Below, one piece after another: positions 24,961 to 37,960 of a stretch of DNA of 64,000 nt. Source of the DNA: the human T2T-CHM13v2.0 reference genome, Homo sapiens; NCBI RefSeq assembly GCF_009914755.1, contig NC_060938.1. One strand, given 5' to 3'. The notes beneath the pieces were generated by a model that ran no database searches, was not told the origin of the DNA, and saw only the letters and a list, made by a program, of their open reading frames with translations. The translations under genes were made by a program, and so were the position numbers. Position 1 is the first letter of the stretch. Each line of letters opens with the position of its first letter.

Positions 24961-27900
24961 ATGTTTTTATTTTATTCTTTAATTGACATATAATGATTGT
25001 ACATATTCATGTGGTATGTAGGGATGTTTTGAGACACATAGTGTATAGTGATCAGATTGGGGCAAATAGCATATCTATCATCTCAAATACCTATTATTTC
25101 TCTGTGTTGGGAACATTCCTCTAGCTATTTAAGACTATATATTATTATTAAGTATAGTTATGCTACAGTGGTAGAGAATACTGGAACTTATTCTATCTAT
25201 CTAGCTGTAACTTTATATGTAATTTTATATCCTTTAACACATCTCTCCCTGTCCCTCCCTTACCCCATCCTTCCCAGGCTCCACTATCCTCTGTTTAACT
25301 TTTTGTTTCTATAAGATCTACTTTTTTTAGCTTCCACATAAGAATGAGAACATGTAGTGTTTAAATTTCTGTTTCTGGCTTATTTCACTTAACATAATGC
25401 CCTCCAGTTCCATCCATGTTGCCTCAAATGAAAGGATTTCTTTCTTTTTTTATGGCTGAATCATATCCCATTGTGTATACAGACTACATTTAAAAAGGCA
25501 TTCATCTGTTGTTGGACATCTAAACTGACTTTATATCTTGGCTATTGTCAATAGAGCTGCAATAAACATGAGGATACAGATGTCTCTTCAATATACAGAT
25601 TTCCTTTTTTTATTAGTCCATTTTCACTCTGCTGAAAAAGACATATCCAAGGCTGGGCAACTTATAAAAGAAAGAAGTTTATTGGACTCACAGTTCTACA
25701 TGACTGGGGAGGCCTCACAATCATGGTGGAAGGTGAAAGGCATTTCTTACGTGGTGGTGGCAAGAGGGAAGAGCTTGTGCAGGGAAACTTTTGTTTTTAA
25801 AACCATCAGCTCTTGTAAGACCCATTCACATTATACAGCACATAAAAGACTTGCCCCCATGATTCAATTACCTCTCACCAGGTCCCTCCAACAACACATG
25901 GGAATTCAAGATGAGATTTGCGTGAGGACACAGCCAAACCATATCATTCCACCCATGGCCCCTCCCAAATCTCATGTCCTCACATTTCAAAACCAATCAT
26001 GCCTTCCCAACAGTCCCCCAAAGTCTCAACTCATTTCAGCATTACATCAAAAATTCATAGTCCAAAGTCTCATCCAAGACAAGGCAAGTCCCTTCCTTCT
26101 ATGAACCTGTAAAATCAAAAGCAAGTTAGTTACTTCCTAGATACAATGGGGGTACAGGTATTGGGTAAATAAAGCCATTGGGTAAATACAGCTACTCCAA
26201 ATGGGAGAAATTGGCCAAAACAAAGGGGCTACAGGCACCGTGCAAGTCCAAAACCCAGCTGGGCAGTCAAATCTTAAAGCTCCAAAACGATCTCCTTTGA
26301 CTCCATGTCTCACAGCCAGGTCATGCTCATGCAAGAGGTGGGTTCCCATGGTCTTGGGAAGCTCTATCCCTGTGCCTCTGCAGGGTACAGCCTCCCTCCT
26401 GGTTTCTTTCATGGGCTGGCATTGAGTGTCTGTGGCTTTTCCAGGCACACAGTGCAAGCTGTCTGTGGATCTACCATTCTGGGGTCTGGAGGATAGTGAC
26501 CCTCTTCTCACAGCTCAACTAGGCGATGCCCCAGTAGGGACTCTGTGTGAGGGCTCTAACCCCACATTTCCCTTCTGCACAGCCCTAGCAGAGGTTCTTT
26601 ATGAGATCCCTGCCCTAGCAGTAATCTTCTGCCTGGGCATCCAGGCGTTTGCATACATCTGAAATCTAGGGAGAGGTTCCCAAACCCCAGTTCTTGACTT
26701 CTGTGCACTTGTAAGCTCAACACCACCTGGAAGCTGCCAAGGCTTGGGGCTTGAATCCTCTGAAGCTATGGCCTGGGCTCTATATTGGCCCCTTTCAGCC
26801 ATGGCTGGAAAAGGTGGGATGCAGGGCACCAAGTCTCTAGGCTGCACACAGCATGGGGACCTGGGGCCCAGCCTATGAACCCACTTTTTCCTCCTAGGTC
26901 TCCAGGCATGCGATGGGAGGGGCTGCCATGAAGAACTCTGACCTGCCTGGGAGATGTTTTCCCCATTGTCTTGGAGATTAACATTCGGCTCTTCATTACT
27001 TATGCAAATTTCTGCAGCCAGATTGAATTTCTCCTCAGAAAATGGGATTTTCTTTTCTATCATATTGCCAGGATGTGAATTTTCTGAACTTTTATGCTCT
27101 GCTTATAACTGAGTGTGTTTAACAGCACCCAAGCCACCTCTTGAATGGTTTGCCGCTTAGAAGTTTCTTCTGCAAGATACCCTAAATCATCTTTCTCAAG
27201 TTCAAAGTTCCACAAATCTCTAGGGCAGGGGCAAGATGCCACCAGTCTCTTTGCTAAAACATAACAAGAGTCACCTTTGCTCCAGTTCCCAACAAGTTCC
27301 TCATCCTGGACCACCTCAGCCTGGACCTTATTGTTTATATAACTATCAGCATTTTTGTCAAAGCCATTCAACAAGTCTCTAGGAAGTTCCAAACTTTCCC
27401 ACATTTTCCTATCTTCTTCTGAGCCCTCCAAATTGTTCCAACCTCTGCCTGGTACCCAGTTCCAAAGTCGCTTCCACATTTTTGGGTATCTTTTCAGCAA
27501 TGCCCCACTCTATTGGTACCAGTTTACTATATTAGTCCCTTTTCACGCTGCTGATAAAGACATACCTAAGAGTGGGCAATTTACAAAAGAAAGAAGTTTA
27601 TTGGACTCACAATTCCACGTGGCTGGGGAGGCCTCACAATCATGGCAAAAGGTGGAAGGCATTTCTTAGATGGCGGTGGAACGAGAGAAGAGCTTGTGCA
27701 GGGAAACTCCCATTTTTAAAACCATCAGATCTCGTGAGACTTATTCACTATCACGAGAACAACACGAAAAAGATGCCTCCATGATTCAATTACCTCCCAC
27801 CTGGTCCCTCCCACAATGCTGGGAATTCAAGATGAGATTTCGGTGGGGACGCAGCCAAACCGTATCACTTTCCTTTGGATAAATGCCCAGTAGTAGGATT

Positions 27901-28828
27901 GCTGGATCATATAACAGTTCTATTTGTAGGACCCTCCATACTATACTTTATAATGGCTGTACTAGTTTATATTTCCACCAATAGTACATGAGTTCCACTT
28001 TATCCACATCCTCTCTAGCATTAGCTATTCTTTGTCTTTGTGATAATAGTCATCCTAACTGAGGTTAGATGATACCTCATTGGGGTTTTGATTTACATTT
28101 CCCTGAGGATTAGTAATGCTGAGCAGTTTTTCATATATTTGGTGGCCTTTTGTATGTCTTCTTTGGGGAAATGTCTGTTCAGATAATTTGCTCATTTTTA
28201 AATTGGATTGTTCATTTTCTATTGAGATGTTTGAGTTCCTTGTATATTCTGGATATAGCCAAAGCATTCCTGAGCAAAAAGAACAAAGCTGGAGGCATCA
28301 CACCACCAGACTTCAAAATACTACAAAGCTGTAGTCACCAAAGCATCATGGTCCTGGCATAAAAACAGACATATAGATTCATGGAACAGTATAGAAAATT
28401 CAGAAATTAATCCACATCTCCACAGCCAACTGACTCCTGACTAAGACGCCAAGAATGCTCACTTGGGAAAGGACAACCTCTTCAATAGATGATGCTGGGG
28501 AAAACTGGATATCCCTATGCAGGAGAATGAAGCCAGACCTTCCCCACCACCCCCGCCTTTTATCCTATAGAAAAATAAACTTAAAATTCATCAAACACCT
28601 AAACATAGACCCAAAACTATAAAACTACCAGAAGGAATCATAGGGGAAATGTTTCATTCAGTATATTGGTCTGGGAAAAATTTGTATGAGTAAGATCTCA
28701 AAAGCACAGGCAACAAAGCAAAAATAAACAAATGGGATTATATCAAACTAAAAAGCTTCTGTACAGAAAAAGAAACAACCAACAGAGTGAAAAGGTAATC
28801 TACAGAATGGGAGAAAATATTTGAAAAC
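24961..28828 (-). mobile_element. L1MA-type element with 5' inversion (minus 24961-28255, inverted plus segment about 28256-28831), split by a THE1 provirus
   Basis: L1MA 3' end in reverse (ttaattgacatataatgattgtacatattcatg). Strand switch at ttctggatat|agccaaagc. TSD core tatttgaac at 24952-24960 and 28829-28837. Confidence 0.88.
25609..27867 (-). mobile_element. Complete THE1 (ERVL-MaLR, THE1A/B-like) provirus: LTR-int-LTR
   Basis: Two ~340-bp LTRs in direct orientation (25609-25946 is the 3' LTR, 27528-27867 the 5' LTR) around a 1.58-kb internal region. Polypurine tract adjacent at 25947-25975. 5-bp TSD ctttt/ctttc. Confidence 0.95.
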
Positions 28829-29844
28829 TATTTGAACTTTTAAAGATGTGTTTTTCTTCTTTCCTTTTATTTTGAATCAGTGCTTATGTGACTGGAATTA
28901 TAACCCTCGTGTTGTGAGTCCACATAGGAGAACTCTAGAGTGGCTCAGCAAGGCCTTTAAAAGCAATCTACAACCCTTTCTATGGCAATCTTGACAGCTC
29001 AGTCATTTTCCTCAACCGGAAATACTTCAATGGTAGTGGGAGGATGCTCTAACTTTTGGGGCAGAATTTCAGAGCAGTTCTGATGTTCAATAGAAATCTG
29101 CTTCTTTGACTTGTTCAACAGTAGATGCAAGTTATGATCTTCCTGTCAACTGACTTTGGATTTTTGAAAGTCACTATGCAGTTTCCCCTCCATTTTTTCT
29201 TTCTCCAAGACTAAACATCTCCAAGATCTTTACTAATGTCTCATATGGTATAAAATTCCTTTCTCTCCTTTGTCATCATGATCAAAATTTCTCTATTTGT
29301 CAGTATCTCTTAAAATAAACTCTGTCTATAGTCCTCTCCCAGATAAGCACTTGCCAAGGTTCTTCAAGATTCAAGGAGCTTAGTCTGATATGGAGGGGAG
29401 TCTAGACTGATCACAGGGTGGCAATGTTTACAGTCAAGAGAAAGCAAAAGGCAGGGTCTTCAGGCCAATCTGGGACTGAAAGCCAACAGATAATTCAAGC
29501 ATAGCATTTGAATCTAAAATAACTGCAGCGAGAAGCAGAAATTGGCTAAGAGATCTGTTCAGAGCAGAGTACAAAGACTTCTTGAGGCACCAGGACAGCT
29601 CCTGCTGCATCTCCCTAAGGTGAGGAAGGGCTTTATGTACTTACTAGTTTCTATCATTGTGTCCGCATCAGTTTGACTAGCCTCCCTTAGCTCCAACAAA
29701 TCACATCTTCTGAAGATATGACTAATAGTTGCTGATGTCCTAAATAATTGACAGCTGGTGATAAAAGTTTTCTTTTTATGATGAGATATTTGTTGAGCTC
29801 AGTAAAGATTTTATGGCTTTTATTAGAAGGGTGTGGATGGTGAT

Positions 29845-30582
29845 TCTTTTGACACCACTTCTGATACCAAATGTGTGGATTTTTTCCATGCCAATTCTCC
29901 AATTCTATGACACCAACTTGGTGTCCAACAATTCAATTCAATTCTGACACTATCAAGTGTTAGTGTGGACCCCATAAATTAATGGCGCAGTTCCATAAGA
30001 CTGCTCCACCTCAGATGCCTGCAAAGGGGTGCCAATACTACCCATATTTCTGCTTACATGGATTCCCATGACCGCCAGCTTTAGTAATTTGCTAGAATGA
30101 CTCACAAAGCTCAGAAAAACAATTTATTATAAAGGATACAATTCAGAACCAGCCATATGGCAAGATATGGGGGGGTTTATTAATGCCCAGTTTCCACACC
30201 CACTCTGGGCCTGCCATCTTCCCGGAACATTGATGTGTTTGCCAGTCTGGAAGCTTTCTGAATCTTGTTCATGAGTGTTTATAACTCAACCTCTAGCCCC
30301 TCTCTTCTCCCAGATGTTGGGGTATGGTGGGGCTGAAAGTTCCCATCCTCTAATCACGTCTTTGGTCTTTCTGGTGACCAGTCCTTATCCTAAAACTGTC
30401 CAAACCCCCGCACCCCCACTCCCACTCCAAGTTACCTTGTTAGCATAAACTCAGATGTGGTCAAAAGGGACTTATTATGAGTAACAAAATATACTCCTAT
30501 CATTTAGGAAATCCCAAGGGTTTTAGAAGCTGTGTGCCAGGAATCAGGGACAAAGACAAAATATATTTTTTATTATGCCACA
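29845..30582 (-). mobile_element. MER21-family solo LTR
   Basis: aattcaattcaattctgacacta...tttgctagaatgactcaca...tagcataaactcag...ccaagggttttagaagctgtgtgccaggaatcagggacaaagac...tatgccaca. Left boundary approximate. Confidence 0.8.
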
Positions 30583-31177
30583 GAGTGACAGTGAAGCAGC
30601 CTGCAATCCTGAAGTTCAGGTTTCCCATTAAGAATGAGATTAGAAATATCAAACATTTGATGAATCAGATTAGCTCCAGTACTTCAGGGAAACATCTGGA
30701 AGTGAAGTGTGTGATGGGTAGTTTTCAGGAATACTTGAGCTTTAAAAATGTTAACCCATGTTCAGTCCCTATAATATACTTCAACATTTGCAGGTCTGAG
30801 TTGTAACTTCATCAATGTATGTAACCAGAATGAAAAATATAAACGTGATTAAAAAGAAAGATCATAGACATTCTGTGGGATAGAAAAAAGTAAGTGTATG
30901 ACAGTTGTTTGGCACAGGCAGGGGAGAGAAAAAAACCTAGGTGTAGGAGAAGTGAGCATCTGAACTATTCCAGAGATGTTCTCCATTGTGGAGAAGGGAT
31001 GACTCATCAGACCTTTGTGTGTTTGGATGAAATATTTCTCATGACTCTCCATTTTCCTGTGGTTGAATTCTGTGCTTACCAAGCAAGACACTAATTGTGG
31101 TTAAGGCTTTCACGTTCTTTGAGTCTAAGAAGAAGAAACTGTAGACAGTAGATGTGGCTAATCTGGCCACTGGCAAA

Positions 31178-31775
31178 TGTAAACCAAAATAAAATTCTAA
31201 GCCCACTAAGCACCTGAACGAACCCATTTTCTCAGCCAACAGCATCCCAAAGTTAACCTAAAAAACTAGTTCAGGCCATGATGGGAAGGGGAGCCCAGAC
31301 ATGCCTCATTATATCTTCCTCCCTTTTGGAATTACTGATAGAACAAATTTTAAGTCTGATAAGAAATGTTTACAATCTATTCTCTCCGAAGCCTGCTACC
31401 TGGAGGCTTCTTCTGTATGAAAAATCTTTGGTCTCCACACCTCTCATCTTAAACCAGACATTCCTTTCCATTGACGCTAAGTCTTTAGACAATAACTTAA
31501 CTCTTTCAACCAATTGCCAATCAGAAAATCTTTGAATCTACCTATGATCTGGAAGCTCTTGCATTCATTTGTGCTGCCTTTCTAGTTTGAGCCAATGTAC
31601 ACCTTACATGTATTTATTGATATCTTATGTCTTCCTAAAATGTATAAAACCAACTTGTAGTTCAACCACCTTGGACACATGTTCTCAAGATCTCTCAAGG
31701 GCCATTGGTCACTCATATTTGGCTCAGAATAAATCTCTTCAAATATTTTACAGAGTTTGACTCTTTTCATTGATG
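31178..31775 (+). mobile_element. MER4-family (MER4B/D-like) solo LTR, ERV1
   Basis: Start tgtaaaccaaaataaaattctaagccc; internal aaactagttcaggccatgatgggaag; end ggctcagaataaatctcttcaaatattttacagagtttgactctttt. Confidence 0.88.
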
Positions 31776-31874
31776 AAAGGAATATGGCAAATTGATAAAG
31801 TAGTGTATATTTACTCCCCTTCATGTGTAGAAAAAGTATGGTTTGTGTTCAATAATTAGTAGCAGACTAATGAC

Positions 31875-32790
31875 TCCCTAATGTATAATCTCTGGCCCAC
31901 CCTCTCTTGATAGATACAGCAAACTGCCTAATGCATTACCACTAGGGCACATCAGCAACTTACACTCAACCTGTTCGAAACTGAACTCAAGAAACTATGA
32001 GTTTCTCCCACCAATCTCCTTGAATGTCCCTACCTCAGTGAATGACACCACCATCCACCTAGTTGCCCATGGCAGAAGGCTGAGAGACATCTTAGTCCCC
32101 CACCATAGGCTGCCTCTGCTTTTGCAATTAATTACCAAGTGCTGTCCATTCCATCTCCTCCTCTCCAATCTGCCCCCTTCTTTGCAAGATCATCGCCTTT
32201 GCTCTGGCCTCATGGCTCCAACCACGATGGCTGCAATTTCTCTCTCAGACTCAGGCTGGTCTTCTGTTCTTCATTATGACCCTACAGCCAGGTGGTGGTG
32301 CTAAGATGTGAATCAGCTCATGTTAATTTTATGCTTAAAATTCTTAAATAGGTTCCATGATTCCAGATCCCTCCCCTTAGCCCCAGGGCTCTCCATGATT
32401 TGATGCTCACCTTGTCTCAAGTCCCTTCCCAAAAGACATCTTGCTTTCCAGACTTCCTTATAATTCCATGGATGCATCATGCAGTTTCACACCTAGATTA
32501 CCTAATACAAGTTGTTTCCTCTGTACATTCTCATCTTCTGGGGTGGCTCCTCTCTTATTGTGCCAGCATCAACTGTCTTTCTCCAGAAAGCCATCTCTAC
32601 AGACTCCCTTGAACCCATCCCACTCATTTGAAGGTTCTCGATTTTTCCTCAAATGACATTAGGAAGTTGTCTATGCCATATCCCATGCTATCATATACTG
32701 CACTTTACACCCAAGATCTCTTGGAGGGCAGGGATCTAATGTCATTAAATGAGTAAATATATAAGTAGAATAGCTCTCATCAAATGTTTG
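31875..32790 (+). mobile_element. L2 LINE 3' portion
   Basis: aactgaactc, cctcagtgaatgacaccaccatccacctagttgccca, atcagctcatgtta...tgcttaaaa, aagatctcttggagggcagggat. Boundaries approximate. Confidence 0.7.
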
Positions 32791-33044
32791 AAGATCTTTT
32801 ATTCATTTAATAAATTAATAATTTATCCCAAGACCCTGAGGAAAGAGTGAATACTAGACAGCAAAATTTAGATGGAGGACAAATTTGATTATTTTTAAGA
32901 AGGTGCTCCCTTCAAATTAAGTCAGGTGTTTATGAGACAGGGAGCTTCCAGTCACAGGAGAAGTTTAGATGAAGGTTGGAACTCTTTGTGGGACTGTTTC
33001 TGGGAGACTCAAACATCAAATAGGGCATGGGCTCCATGGTTGTC

Positions 33045-33380
33045 ATTAGTTTGGTTACCAATGTTCTGCTTCCCCCAGCATGCCCTCAGTAGGATCATAC
33101 TTTCCACCTCTTTGAAGCTAAACACTGATGTGTGATTGATTTGGGCCAAAGGAACATGAATAGCGGTGATGTGTGTCACTTCCAAGCAGATGCTATGTTA
33201 GTCATCATGGGGGCAATGTCAAGGTGATGCTTCTGTTAGTCTGAGATCCTGAGTGAACCCAGGGAACAGAGCTGACCTGATCAGACGTGTAGTGTGAATG
33301 AGACATGAGTTTTGTTGTGTTAAGCCCCTGAGATTTAGGGCTCATTTGTTTCTGAAGCATACCCTATCTTGACTGGAACT
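33045..33380 (+). mobile_element. Old MLT1 (MLT1I/J-like) solo LTR
   Basis: gtgatgtgtgtcacttcc...gacgtgtagtgtgaatgaga...ttttgttgtgttaagcccctgagatttaggg...tttgtt...gcat. Confidence 0.7.
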
Positions 33381-33799
33381 ACCACTATGGTCCTATCCAA
33401 GCCCGTAATTCTGTACATCTGTGAGGGGAAATAGAGGGATTAGGAGGAATCATTGTCTGGGAAAGGTAGAGTGGGTCCTTGCAGTGGAGCTTCTGGGAAG
33501 GCGATGGCCTGTAAAGATCTTACGGGACACTGGAGAGGAAGGCCAAGGCAGATTGTAGTTTCTTATCATTTTGTCTTGGACCAGGCCCGTAGCCTTATAA
33601 CTGCCAACTCTTCTCTTCTTTGGAAAGCAAATAGAATTTTTTTCTGTTACAGGAACATTATGGTAGAGAGATCTCCTTATTAACTTGAGACCAATAGAAT
33701 ACACTCAGTGGGGCACCACGTGCCAGGCAAAGGCAGTTGATTAGAGATTGATGAAGGTGCAGATTCCTGCCTTTCAAAGTATAACTTGAGAACTAATGT

Positions 33800-33980
33800 A
33801 AAGAAACCTGGGGTCAGAGGAGGCCAGGTGTGTGACTTTTGACTGGCCTCTTAACTTGGCTGAACCTCAGGTTCCTCAGAAGAGAAAGAGAGATAAGAAA
33901 AACACCTTTCCTGCCTCGTGAGAATTTTATGGCAATCCAGAGATAATGTGCCTGGAAGTGCTTTGTAAATTGAAAATCAC
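33800..33980 (+). mobile_element. MIR SINE
   Basis: tgtgtgactt...cttaacttggctgaacctcaggttcctca...gagataatgtgcctggaagtgctttgtaaa. Confidence 0.65.
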
Positions 33981-34421
33981 CCATCAGATATCAAAGACTA
34001 TTGCTCATATTCTTCCATTTGTATTATCAGGTTCTGCTTGCTTTGCCTGATTTTCTTTCTCTTATATGCTTTAGGTGATGTTCTTTATATAAAAGGTAGA
34101 AGTTGTACTGGCAAGTGCCTCCATTTTATAGTGTTTTCACATGTACAGGCCTGCCCTGTATACCCCAGTTACCAATGTCCCAGCAGAAATTTTCCTCTTG
34201 GATTTATTACCCAAACTTAGCAAAACGTACATATTCCTCAATAGTTTTTTGTTTGTTTCTTTTCTCTTATTATCTCTTCTTCATTTCTGAGTGACTCAAT
34301 AGTTTTTTTGGCTGATGTTTACATTTTAAAAATGTATATTATATCCCCCCAAATCAATGAACCATGTTAACAAAACAGCATAAAAGAGAAGTATTGAATT
34401 AGCATTTCTAATACTATTGGT

Positions 34422-34684
34422 TGTCTTATCCCATTTTATGTTGTTATAACATAATACCACAGACTGGAGAATTTATAATGAAAAGTAATTTATTTGGCTC
34501 ACAGTTCTGGAGGATGGGAGATCCAAGAGCATGGTGTCAGCATCTGGCAAGGATCTTCATTCTGCATCATCCTATGGCAGAAGGTGGAAGAGCAAAAGAG
34601 CATACACATGAGTGTGCATGCTTATTGGAAGTTAGGGCTTCAACATAAGAATTTGAGAAGGACACAAATATGCAATCCATAACA
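34422..34684 (-). mobile_element. MST/MLT1A-type solo LTR, internally deleted
   Basis: taccacagactgg...aatttatttggctcacagttctggaggatgggagatccaagagcatgg...cttcaacataagaatttgagaaggacaca...ccataaca. Confidence 0.8.
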
Positions 34685-35478
34685 TCCTGGGACAGGTTTT
34701 TGTTTCCACAAATATCAGCTGAATTCTCTTTAGTGGCATTTTCTCTGGCCTTTACTGGATGTGTAAGCTCGAGTTCTCAAATTAATTAATCATTGGGAAA
34801 TAGTAGAAATTACTCAAAAATCACATTAGCCAGAACAGTGAAATGTATTTTAGAGAATAGTTGATTTCAGGAAAAAGAAACAAAATCAACCAATTTAAAC
34901 AACAACAACCAAAAAAAAAAAAAGATGGAAGATTGTTGGAAAGATAGAATGATAGCCACAGAACTCATGGGCTGGAAATGTTGCCAGGGCTCTCAAAGGA
35001 TCCAAAGCAGAACCCACTGGCAAGGCGAGAGCTGCCATCTATGTTCCTTTGGGCCACATAGCTACTTACCTCTGCCTGCTTCTGGGTAAAGGCTCCTTTC
35101 ACTTTTGTCTTTGCTACCACCCTTTTCTGTTCCACTTGAACTCAGGTTAAGTATGGCCCCTCTAGCCCTAGCTTTAAAAGTTCCCAGCAGAGTAATAATG
35201 GCCTTTAAGTATCAATTCAAATTCTTGGAAAGCAGAATCTAACTGATGTTACGTGAGTCAGATGGCCACGCTTTATGCTAATTTGATCAGTTATCACTGT
35301 ATAAGGGGTTAGGGATATATAGGTATGCAGGGGCCTACTGTCAGGAGGTAGGGAGGGACACAGGACTTAGAGAAGGGATATTTGTTGGCAATTTCCAAAA
35401 CCAAAAATCAATTACAGGTACATTTCATATTACCCTCCTGGCTCAAAGGGGAAATGGGAATAGGAAAAAAAAAAAAAA

Positions 35479-35606
35479 GCAGGATATGGTGGTGCATGCC
35501 TCTAGTCTTAGCTACTCAGGAAACCAAATCAGGAGGATCTTTTTAGCTCAGGAGTTAAAGTCCAACCTGGGCAACATAGTGAGACTTTCTCTCTGAAAAT
35601 AAAAAT
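35479..35606 (+). mobile_element. FLAM (Alu monomer)
   Basis: Single arm ggtggtgcatgcctctagtcttagctactcagg...caacctgggcaacatagtgagac, then an A-rich/(TGAA)n tail. Confidence 0.8.
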
Positions 35607-35651
35607 GAATGAATGAATGAATAAATAAATATACACATAGCCTTTAATCAT

Positions 35652-35679
35652 TGTGTGTGTGTGTGTATGTGTGTGTGTA
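35652..35679. repeat. (TG)n microsatellite
   Basis: Read directly; one TA interruption. Confidence 0.85.
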
Positions 35680-35924
35680 TTTGTATATGCACACACTTGC
35701 ATAAACCTCTCTAGACCATCAGGGGTTGTGCTTTTTAATAAAGTAAGTCATTTCCCACCCCTCATCTTTGCCCTTTGTTACTTTCCTACCGTCTAAGGGA
35801 GAAGGGTGCTTCAGGGCTGAGGCCAGCAGGGAATATACCAGTTTCTTGGAACCTAGGTGACCCCAGATGATGGGGGTACACAATGTCGAAACTCAAGGTA
35901 AAATAGGGTGAGGGGTGAGGTCCA

Positions 35925-36030
35925 AAAGACAGCATCTGCCTTGGTCACTTCACTGCTGTCTCTGTCTGCAGCACCAGAATTGGGCCTGACCCATAATGGG
36001 CACTCAATAATTGTTAATGAATGAATGGAT
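35925..36030 (+). mobile_element. L2 3' terminal fragment
   Basis: ttcactgctgtctct...gcctgacccataatgggcactcaataattgttaatgaatgaatg. Confidence 0.65.
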
Positions 36031-36314
36031 CTCAACTGTTTATTACAACAAGGAGGAGTCTACGAATGTATAACCACAGCTAAAATCAGAACACCAGGGC
36101 AGAGAGACTAAAGGATGACAAAAGAAGGTAATCAAGGAAGCAGCCCAGCAGTCATCCTGTGCTGTCTATTTGTTTTCTTTTTGCCATATCTGAGGCTAAA
36201 TTGAAGGAAGGCGTGAGGAGAGATTGCCTTTATAGAGATAGGAGCAGGGTAGAGGTGATAATGACATCTTTAATCTTGTATCAAGTTTACTTTTATATTT
36301 CATTTCCTCTTTCA

Positions 36315-36418
36315 TTTGTAAACTTCTTGAGAACAAGAGCAGTGTCTGATTTATCTGTCTATCCTGCCAGCCCCGTATAATAACATTCAGCAAATATTGA
36401 TCGAATGAATTAATGAAT
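36315..36418 (+). mobile_element. L2 3' terminal fragment
   Basis: tgtaaacttcttgagaacaagag...tgtctgatttatct...cattcagcaaatattgatcgaatgaattaatgaa. Confidence 0.6.
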
Positions 36419-36550
36419 TCAAATTTTAGAAAACCAAAAAATAGTTCTCAGTTGATTTAGATATATTATTTTTAGTGCAGAAAGTAGAATTTAATAAACA
36501 TTTTTGTGCTCAAGGGCAAATGCTTGTCAAAGGTGTAAGCATGTTGGGGT

Positions 36551-36869
36551 TGCCAGGCATGGCTCACACCTCTAATCCCAACATTTTGTGAGGCTGAGGT
36601 GGGAGGATTGCTTCAGTCCAGGAGTTTGAGACCAGCCTGGGCAACATGGTGAGACCCAGTCTACACAAAAAATAAAAAAATTAGCCAGGCAAGGTGGTGT
36701 GTACCTACTGTCTCAGCTACTCAGGAGACTGAGGTGGGAGGCTTACTTAAACCTGTGAGGTCAAGGCTGCAGTGAGCCATGTTCATGCCACTGCACTCCA
36801 GCCTGGGTAACAGAGTGAGACCTTGTCTTAAAAAAAAAAAAAAAAAAAAAAGAAAGAAAAAAGAAAAAA
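36551..36869 (+). mobile_element. AluJ (AluJo-like)
   Basis: J-type motifs (gggaggattgctt, gaggtcaaggctgcagtgagccatg), poly-A tail, TSD aagcatgttggg (36537-36548) / aagaatgttggg (36870-36881). Confidence 0.92.
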
Positions 36870-36969
36870 AAGAATGTTGGGCGATAATTGCTTAATTTTT
36901 ATTCTCTTTACTTTTTGAAAAAAGTAATTATTTCTACAAATAACTATGTTTCTTGAAAATTGATTTACA

Positions 36970-37359
<390 letters not shown>

Positions 37360-37479
37360 TTACTGTATATTTTGTGTACTATACATTCAATCAAACAATA
37401 TGAATACTATCTGAATGATATTATTTCTATACATGTTTTTTCATTGTAGTCATTACACAAAATAAGCTGGGTCTAATAT

Positions 37480-37960
37480 CTGGAGTGATTGAGTTTTTAA
37501 TATCAACCTTGTGTCCTGTAACCTTGCTAAGTGCATTAGCTTTTATAGCTCTTTTATAGTTCCTGAATATTTTATATATACAATCATGCCACCCGTGAAT
37601 AAAGGAAATTTAATTGTCTGCCAGAAAAGACAAACACCCTTTAAAGGAACACAGCAAATCCAGCACTCAACAACACAAACTTAATGTTCAGCATCCAATG
37701 AAAAGGTACTAGATAGTCAAAGAAGCAGGGAGTGACATATAACCAGTAGAAAAATCAGTCAATAGAAACAGACCCAGAAATTATAGCAAATGATTGAATA
37801 AGCAGACAAGGACTTTAGAATAGAAGAGTTTTAAGGAAAACCTAAACACAGTGAGGAGAAACATGGAAGATACAGAAAAGAATTAAACGGAACTTCTAGA
37901 GATGAAAAATATGATATCTCAAATTTTTAAAAATTAATGGGTGGATTAACACAGGTATTA
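37480..37960. mobile_element. Two old L1M fragments: ORF2 piece on minus (about 37480-37612) and ORF1-region piece on plus (about 37620-37958)
   Basis: tgtgtcctgtaaccttgctaa...tacaatcatgccacccgtgaataaag, then aaaatcagtcaatagaaacagacccagaaat...gaacttctagagatgaaaaat. Confidence 0.65.

Noticed and set aside
26159-26193. Small tandem duplications (attgggtaaata twice here; also 1685-1706 and 46944-46969)
   Set aside because: Ordinary slippage duplications with no further structure.
25538-27882. Cluster of 100-190 aa ORFs on both strands
   Set aside because: All lie within the THE1 LTRs or internal region and are fragmented; no intact gene.
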